Part shown: positions 26,270 to 32,014 of the stretch, in pieces | Layout of the letters: the number at the start of each line of letters is the position of its first letter | How positions within the stretch are numbered: position 1 is the first letter of the stretch | NCBI GenBank assembly: GCA_037440005.1 | Contig: JBBIUY010000034.1 | Span: 1 to 32,014 of the forward strand | DNA from: Armatimonadota bacterium | GTDB lineage: Bacteria > Sysuimicrobiota > Sysuimicrobiia > Sysuimicrobiales > Kaftiobacteriaceae | DNA: 32,014 nt | Direction: 5' to 3' | Notes under the pieces: generated by a model | Databases searched by the model: none | What the model saw: only the letters and a program-made list of their open reading frames with translations | What the model was told of the DNA's origin: nothing | Program-made: the position numbers and the translations under genes

Positions 26270-26719
26270 ATGGACACACTGGCGAGCGTGCTGTGGGACC
26301 TCAAGCGGGCCGGGGGAGCGCAGGCGGCCATGGTGTCCTCGGGCGACGGCCTGGTCCTGGAGACGGCCGGAGACCCCCCGGTGGACCCTGAAACCCTGGC
26401 CGCCTACGCCGCCAGCGGCCTGATGGTCGGCGAGCGGCTGGGCGACAGCGGCGCGTTCGGACCTCCCGAGGCGGTCGTGATCGTCTACGGCGCCCGGTCT
26501 GTCGTCCTGGCGCCCGTGGGGCCGGCGGTGGCGGTCCTGGTGGGGTCGGCGGCGCAGGCTGGCGCCCTGCGCCTGGCGCTGCTGCGCCACATGGACGCCC
26601 TCGCCCGGGCCGTGAGGGAGGAGTTCGGAACCCGCCCCGCGCCCCAGCCTGCCCCCGGAGAGGACCTCCCCGCACCATCCTCCCAGGCCGGCGTCCGGCC
26701 CGCCCCGGACGCAGCCTAG
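26270..26719 (+). CDS. Roadblock/LC7 (MglB-like) domain protein
   Basis: AAMVSSGDGLVL, ETLAAY, G.LRL motifs. Confidence 0.8.
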   Translation: MDTLASVLWDLKRAGGAQAAMVSSGDGLVLETAGDPPVDPETLAAYAASGLMVGERLGDSGAFGPPEAVVIVYGARSVVLAPVGPAVAVLVGSAAQAGALRLALLRHMDALARAVREEFGTRPAPQPAPGEDLPAPSSQAGVRPAPDAA

Positions 26720-26823
26720 CTCGTCTGGACCTGCCCCGTACCGGGCATGAAGACGGCACAGAAATCTTCCACAGGACCGCCATGGGACTGGCCGTCACCT
26801 GTGGCGGTACACCTTCCCGAAGA

Positions 26824-26839
26824 TGGCATGCGTCTTGCT
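26824..26839 (+). promoter_or_regulatory. sigma54 promoter for the pilus-like operon
   Basis: TGGCAT-GCGTC-TTGCT, 73 nt upstream of ATG 26913. Confidence 0.85.
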
Positions 26840-26912
26840 GGTGAGCAGGGGCGCACAGACTCCGCCCGCGGGGACTGCGGGCGACCCATCGCGCAAAGGA
26901 GGGGCACGCAAA

Positions 26913-27404
26913 ATGAAAGTGGCACTCATCCGGGCTGTCCTGACGGCCGTCATCCTGACGGTGGCCGCCGCCGGCGCCGGCTACAGCGCCAACCCGGGCA
27001 GCCAGACCGTGACCGTGGCCGCCGGCTCGCGCATCGACCTCACGGTGCCGGCGTCGGCGTCCATCGGGACGACGGATCCCGGGACCTGCGGCACCGCGTC
27101 TACCACCGTCAACGTCAAGAGCAACAGAGCCTGGAACCTGCAGATCCGCTCCGAGCCCACCGGCTACCCCAACGGGAAGGCGAAGGACGGGTCGGGGACC
27201 GAACTGGTCAACCCCTTCCAGTACAAGGGCGGGGACGTGTCGGCGTTCACAAACATCACCAGCACGTACGCCAACCTGTTCGCCACCGCCCAGCCCAAGA
27301 CCGGCAACCGGGACGTGGCGGTGGACTACCAGCAGTGCGTGGACTGGCAGGACAGCCCGGGCACCTACACCATCGTGGTGGAGTATCTGGGCGTGCAGTT
27401 CTAA
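26913..27404 (+). CDS. Secreted beta-rich putative pilin/fimbrial subunit (163 aa)
   Basis: AAAGGAGG SD, signal peptide, Thr/Ser-rich, VNVKSNRAWNL and C-terminal PGTYTIVVEY strand, two Cys. Confidence 0.7.
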   Translation: MKVALIRAVLTAVILTVAAAGAGYSANPGSQTVTVAAGSRIDLTVPASASIGTTDPGTCGTASTTVNVKSNRAWNLQIRSEPTGYPNGKAKDGSGTELVNPFQYKGGDVSAFTNITSTYANLFATAQPKTGNRDVAVDYQQCVDWQDSPGTYTIVVEYLGVQF

Positions 27405-27426
27405 GACCCGCAGGGAGGGACGGATC

Positions 27427-28254
27427 GTGACGCGGTCCCCCCGGCGTCCGCTCTGTCTGGCCAGGGCCGCGGCAACCGCCGCGGCCCTGGCCCTGTGGCA
27501 GGCCGCCGCCGGCCAGGCCCAGCCCCTGTCGTTCGGCATCAGTCCCCCGGAAGTCGAGCTCGTCCCCGCGCCCGGCGGGACGGCGAGCGGCATCGTCGTG
27601 GTCTACAACACCTCCGGCCGACGGGTCCGGTTCCGGGTCTCCGTGGAGGACATCGCCGTCCGGCCCAACGGGACCGTGGACATGCTGGCGCCGGGCAGGA
27701 CCCCCTGGTCGCTGGCGTCGGTGACCCGCGTGCTGCCGGTCGAGTTCGCCCTGGACCCCGACCGTTCGCTGCCGGTGCGGGTGACGGTGACGGTGCCCCC
27801 CGACGCCCGCGGCGGCCGGTACGGCGCCGTGGTGGTGACGCCCACTCCGGTGCTGCAGACCACCGGCGTCACCGGTACGGTCTCGGTGGTGGTGCCCCGG
27901 CTGGCCTCCCGGCTGCTGGTGAGGGTGCGGGGGACCGAGGTGGTCTCGGCCGACATCACGTCCATGGTGGCCGCCGTGCGCCCTCCGGGCGCCGAGGTGC
28001 GGCTGCTGTTCAAGAACACCGGCAACGTGCACGTGCGGGTGCAGGGATTTGTCGTCCTCCTGGACGCCTCCGGCCGGCAGGCGGGCAAGGTTGTCCTCCC
28101 GGACGTCGTGGTCCTGCCCGGGGCGGTGAGGGAGTTCCGGGCCAGCGTGTCCACGCCGCTGGCGCCGGGGACGTACACCGTCCGGGCGGTGCTGGACTAC
28201 GGCGGCCCGGCGCTGCTGGCCGGGGAGACCGGCCTGCACGTCCGCGCTCCGTGA
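27427..28254 (+). CDS. Secreted two-Ig-domain pilus chaperone-like protein (PapD/DUF916-like)
   Basis: Signal peptide, ISPPEVEL..G..VYNTS, F.L.P...VRV...P, FKNTGNVH, LAPGTY. Confidence 0.7.
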   Translation: MTRSPRRPLCLARAAATAAALALWQAAAGQAQPLSFGISPPEVELVPAPGGTASGIVVVYNTSGRRVRFRVSVEDIAVRPNGTVDMLAPGRTPWSLASVTRVLPVEFALDPDRSLPVRVTVTVPPDARGGRYGAVVVTPTPVLQTTGVTGTVSVVVPRLASRLLVRVRGTEVVSADITSMVAAVRPPGAEVRLLFKNTGNVHVRVQGFVVLLDASGRQAGKVVLPDVVVLPGAVREFRASVSTPLAPGTYTVRAVLDYGGPALLAGETGLHVRAP

Positions 28255-28269
28255 TCCGAGGCGGCGGCC

Positions 28270-30672
28270 GTGACGCGGCGGTGGACGGTGTGGGTGGCGC
28301 TGGCCGCGCTGGGCGTCGCCAGCCTGCCCGGGCCCGCCTGGCCGGCGGCGGCCGTCCGGGTGGAAGTGGACGGCGCCAGTGTGCCGCTGTCCCCGCCCCC
28401 CGCCGTCCTGGACGGCGTTGTGTACCTCCCCCTGCGGTCCCTGGCCCGGGTTCTCGGGGCGGACCTGTCGGCGGACCGGCAGACGGTCACCGTGCGGCGC
28501 GCTGACGGCACCGTCCGGCTGGTGCGGGCCGGACGGCTCGAGGTGTGGGCGGGCGACCTGGTGTGGGCGGTCGCGTCCTCGCCGGCGCGGGTGGTGAACG
28601 GGACCTTCATGGTCCCCCCGGAGATGGCGGAGGCGCTGTTCGACGTCCTGGCCGCGTGGGACCCCCAGGCGCAGGTCCTGCGCATCGCCACGCCGCAGCC
28701 GGTGCGGGTGGAGCAGGTGGAGCGGCCTTCTCCCCCTCCCGCGCCGCCTCCGGAGCCCGCTCCCTTCACGCCGGAGTTTGTCCCCCAGGACGCTCCCCCG
28801 CTGGTGGCGTCCGGCTACGTCAGCCTGGGGGTCACCCTGCAAGCCCCGCAGACCTCCGCCGTCTCCACGGTGCGGTTCCTCAGCCTGGAGGGCGAGCGGC
28901 AGGTGGAGGGGACGGTGGTCATGGCCGCCCAGAGCGGGTCGCTGGAGACCAGCGGGACCATCCGCCTGCGCGGGCCGACCTCCCTGCTGACGGTGGGGAC
29001 GTTCACCGTGCACGACTCCCCGCTGACCCTGTACCAGCAGCAGCTGTCCGGGGCGCTGTACGAGGGACCCCTGGGCTCCGTGGACTCGGGCGTCGTGGCG
29101 GGCAGCCTTCCCGCCGGCGGCACCGTGTACGGTCTGCTGGCGGACCTTCCGGCGCTCCCGCCGTGGACTGTGGGGGTGGGGTTCTTCAGCGACCCCCAGA
29201 CGGGCGCGTCGGTGACCCGGGTGCGGCTCAGCCGCACCCTCGGCGCGGCGGAAGCGTTCACCGAATATGCGATGGGGACGACGGCCGCCGCCGTGGGGGC
29301 GGCGTGGCGGGTGGGGGTGGCCGCCTCCGCCGCACAGCTGTCCGCCGCCCTCAGCTACCTGTGGCTGGACCCCGCGTATCCCGCCCTGGGCAACGCCTCC
29401 CTCTTCAGCGGCCGGTCCGGCCCGCTGCTGGAACTGGCCTACCGGCCCTCCGACCGGCTGCTGGTGCTGGGGCACGCGGCGGCGCTGAGCGGTGCGCCCT
29501 CGGGGCTGCCCGAGCGGCTGTCGTACGCGGTCCTGGCCACCTACCACCCGGGGGCGGGCTCCAGTGCCACCGGCGAGATCCGCCTGACCGACGACGTCGG
29601 GCCGGGCGTGTGGACGCGCACGGTGAGCGCGGCGGGCTCGCTGGCCTGGACGTGGGGGAGGGTGGGGATGGTGGTCGGCGCAAGCCACCTCCTCACCGAG
29701 GACCGTCTGGCGGGGACGGCGTCCGGGACCACCACCTTCGCCGTGCGGGCGGGAGTCAGCCCTCCCGCGGGCGTCCCCACGTGGGTGGACGTCACCCGGT
29801 CCGTCGGCGCCGGCGAGAGCTACAGCCTTGCGCTGAACACCGGAGCCCGGCTGGCGCCGGGCTACGACCTGGTGGCCCGGGCCCGGCGGACGTGGTCTGT
29901 GGCGACATCCGCGGAAGACACGTGGTGGGAGGTGGGGGTCTCGCGGCTGCTGTCCACCGGCGCCGCCCTCACCGTGGGCGTGGGGGTGCGCTCGGGGACG
30001 TCCACGGTGCCCACCCCGTACGTGACGGTCCAGTACGGCGTGCCGGTGCACCTGTACGGGGTGCCCCGGGCGGGGGCGGTGGAGGTCGAGGCGTTCGTGG
30101 ACGCCGACGGAGACGGCCTGCGGGGTCCGGCGGAGCCGGGCGTGGGCGGGGTCGTGGTCCGGGTGGACGGGCGCAGCGCCGCCCAGACCACCGATGGGGG
30201 AGGGGCCACCGTCTTCGGGGTGTCCGAGGGCGACCACACCGTGTCCCTGGAGGAGTCCACCGTCCCGGTCGGGCTGGTGGCCGTGGCCACGGAGCAGCGG
30301 GTCACGGTGCGGACCGGCGGGCGGACGTCGGTGGCGTTTGCGCTGCGGCCCGCGGCGTCGGTGGCCGGCGTGGTCTTCCTGGACGAGAACGACAACGGTC
30401 TGCTGGACGCGGGCGAACCCGGCGTCGAGGGCGTCGTGGTGACCCTCCTTCCCTCCGGCCTGACGCGCACCACCGGACCCGGCGGAGCGTTCGCCTTCGA
30501 CGGCCTGCTCCCGGGCGACTATCAGGTGGCCGTGGACCCCCAGAGCCTGCCCCCCGACCTGGCCGTCGCAGGCCCCCCGGCCGTGGCGGTGACGGCGCAA
30601 CCCGGTCAGGCGTCAACGGTGGCCCTGGCCGTGCGGAGCGCCACCCCCATCATCAAGAAGACGTTCCCCTAG
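28270..30672 (+). CDS. Secreted usher-like protein: Cu-amine-oxidase-N/stalk-like domain + beta-barrel-like region + two SdrD-B/CnaB-like domains
   Basis: VEVDG..V....P.VLDGVVYLPLR; Pro linker; alternating amphipathic strands; FVDADGDGLRGPAEPGV and FLDENDNGLLDAGEPGV. Confidence 0.65.
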   Translation: MTRRWTVWVALAALGVASLPGPAWPAAAVRVEVDGASVPLSPPPAVLDGVVYLPLRSLARVLGADLSADRQTVTVRRADGTVRLVRAGRLEVWAGDLVWAVASSPARVVNGTFMVPPEMAEALFDVLAAWDPQAQVLRIATPQPVRVEQVERPSPPPAPPPEPAPFTPEFVPQDAPPLVASGYVSLGVTLQAPQTSAVSTVRFLSLEGERQVEGTVVMAAQSGSLETSGTIRLRGPTSLLTVGTFTVHDSPLTLYQQQLSGALYEGPLGSVDSGVVAGSLPAGGTVYGLLADLPALPPWTVGVGFFSDPQTGASVTRVRLSRTLGAAEAFTEYAMGTTAAAVGAAWRVGVAASAAQLSAALSYLWLDPAYPALGNASLFSGRSGPLLELAYRPSDRLLVLGHAAALSGAPSGLPERLSYAVLATYHPGAGSSATGEIRLTDDVGPGVWTRTVSAAGSLAWTWGRVGMVVGASHLLTEDRLAGTASGTTTFAVRAGVSPPAGVPTWVDVTRSVGAGESYSLALNTGARLAPGYDLVARARRTWSVATSAEDTWWEVGVSRLLSTGAALTVGVGVRSGTSTVPTPYVTVQYGVPVHLYGVPRAGAVEVEAFVDADGDGLRGPAEPGVGGVVVRVDGRSAAQTTDGGGATVFGVSEGDHTVSLEESTVPVGLVAVATEQRVTVRTGGRTSVAFALRPAASVAGVVFLDENDNGLLDAGEPGVEGVVVTLLPSGLTRTTGPGGAFAFDGLLPGDYQVAVDPQSLPPDLAVAGPPAVAVTAQPGQASTVALAVRSATPIIKKTFP

Positions 30673-30755
30673 CCGCTTGCCGGCTCCGCCGGCATGGGGT
30701 ACCGTGGAGGCCGGACCGGCAGTCCGGCGCGCTGCCATCGGCGGGGAGGGTGCCT

Positions 30756-31043
30756 GTGGCAGAACCTCTGACCATTGACGTGCAGCCCACGCCCAACGTC
30801 AACGCCCTGAAGTTCGTGCTCAACCGCCGGCTGACCGACGGCCGCAGTCAGACCTACCGCACCCCCGAGGATGCGGCCGCCTCGCCCCTGGCCGCCTCTC
30901 TGCTGGGGATTCCCGGAGTCGTCCAGGTGTTCGTCCTCAACGACTTCATCACCCTCACCCGCGCTCCGGGGGCGGACTGGGGGGCGATCGTGGAGCAGGC
31001 CGAGCAGCTGATCAGACAGCACCTGGAAGGGACTCCGCCCTAG
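30756..31043 (+). CDS. NifU/Nfu N-terminal domain protein
   Basis: GGGAGG SD. QPTPNVNALKF, SPLA..LL.IPGV..VF...DFITLTR...DW. Confidence 0.88.
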   Translation: MAEPLTIDVQPTPNVNALKFVLNRRLTDGRSQTYRTPEDAAASPLAASLLGIPGVVQVFVLNDFITLTRAPGADWGAIVEQAEQLIRQHLEGTPP

Positions 31044-31120
31044 CACTTGCGGATGCGGGAAGCCCTGAGGCGGTCGCAGCACCGACCCCTGCGGCAGACG
31101 CCGCCGGCGGGCCTGCCGCG

Positions 31121-32014
31121 TCAGCGCCCCGACGGCTCCCGAGCCGGAAGCACCAGCAGCAGCGGGTTCTCCAGCAGCCTCTTGACCTCGGCCAGAAAGC
31201 GGGCGGCCTCGGCCCCGTCGGTCACCCGGTGGTCGGCGGACAGGGTGAGTTTCATGGTGGTGGCCGGCACGATCTGCCCGTCCCGCACCACGGGGCGGGG
31301 CAGCGCCCGGCCCACGGCCAGGATGGCGGCGTGGGGCGGGTTGATGATGGCGGCAAAGCTGTCCACGTCGCCGAACATGCCCAGGTTGCTCACGGTGAAG
31401 GTGCCGCCCTCGTAGTCCTCAGGGCGCAGGCGGCCGCTGCGCGCCCGCTCGCCCAGGTCGGTGGTGCGGGCCGCGATCTCCAGCAGCGACAGCCGGTCGC
31501 AGTCGTGGACCACCGGCGCGATCAGCCCCTCGGGCAGGGCCACGGCGATGGCGATGTTCACCCGCCGGTACCGGCGGATGGCCCCCTCCACCAGGGCGCT
31601 GTTGAGGGCCGGGTGGGCCCGCAGGGCCAGGGCGACGGCCTTGAGCACCAGGTCGTTCACCGACACCGGCGGGGCGGCGCCCAGCGCCTGGTTCAGCTGC
31701 TGGCGCATCCGCAGCGCCTCGTCCATCACCGCCTCCATGGTGACGTAGAAGTGAGGCGCCTGCTGCATGCTCTCGCTCATCCGCCGGGCGATGGTCTGGC
31801 GGATGCGGGAGAGCGGCACGACCTCGTAGTCGGTGGCCGGAGCGGCGACGGCCGGGCGGGCGCCGGCCGCGGCGATGGCGGCCTCCACGTCCTCCCGGGT
31901 GATCCGCCCTCCCGGCCCGGTGCCGCGCACCCGGGTCAGGTCGATGCCGTGCTCGTCGGCCAGCTTGCGGGCCAGCGGGGATGCTTTGATCCGTTCGCCG
32001 GCCGGGCGGGCGGG
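31121..32014 (-). CDS. 2-oxoacid dehydrogenase E2 (dihydrolipoamide acyltransferase), 5' end off window
   Basis: E3-binding ASPLARKLA...GTGPGGRITREDV, GGTFTVSNLGMFG, catalytic DHRVTDG. Confidence 0.95.
   Translation of the reverse strand, partial: PARPAGERIKASPLARKLADEHGIDLTRVRGTGPGGRITREDVEAAIAAAGARPAVAAPATDYEVVPLSRIRQTIARRMSESMQQAPHFYVTMEAVMDEALRMRQQLNQALGAAPPVSVNDLVLKAVALALRAHPALNSALVEGAIRRYRRVNIAIAVALPEGLIAPVVHDCDRLSLLEIAARTTDLGERARSGRLRPEDYEGGTFTVSNLGMFGDVDSFAAIINPPHAAILAVGRALPRPVVRDGQIVPATTMKLTLSADHRVTDGAEAARFLAEVKRLLENPLLLVLPAREPSGR

Noticed and set aside
27256..30600. 1114-aa minus-strand ORF and the many other long overlapping ORFs (e.g. 16346..18841, 24157..26331, 294..1400)
   Set aside because: Shadow ORFs typical of very high GC: Arg/Pro/Gly-rich, no motifs, antisense or off-frame to well-supported genes.
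1..32014. Mobile element, prophage, tRNA or rRNA
   Set aside because: No integrase, transposase, phage gene or structured RNA gene recognised; composition appears uniform by eye.

Overview
High-GC bacterial window. SLH and Cu-amine-oxidase-N-like domains together with an outer-membrane-type beta-rich protein suggest a diderm Terrabacteria lineage such as Armatimonadota-like; this is inference only. Left (1-12.7 kb): a peptide/nickel-type ABC importer plus hydantoinase/oxoprolinase operon, an RsmB/RsmF methyltransferase, Hsp20, DoxX, an SPW protein, small hypotheticals, an SLH protein and a cold-shock protein. Centre-right (12.9-30.7 kb) is the notable part, with two apparent secreted-peptide signalling systems whose precursors are missed or mis-started by the ORF track. 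(1) A 52-aa signal-peptide + 3xGHGGAELL precursor sits beside an XRE-HTH/TPR (RRNPP-like) regulator and a LuxR-HTH gene, behind a perfect 9-bp palindrome. (2) Two paralogous signal-peptide + 3xGATWE...GVWE precursors lie directly upstream of a membrane histidine kinase and a receiver protein. System 2 is embedded in a self-contained sigma54 circuit: an NtrC-type activator, rpoN and five near-consensus -24/-12 promoters. These promoters precede one peptide plus the kinase, flgN/flaG-like genes, HD-GYP plus rpoN, a degenerate GGDEF plus fliA plus roadblock, and an atypical chaperone-usher-like pilus operon. The right end has an Nfu N-terminal-domain protein and a partial 2-oxoacid dehydrogenase E2. 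All calls come from reading motifs by eye; no searches were run.
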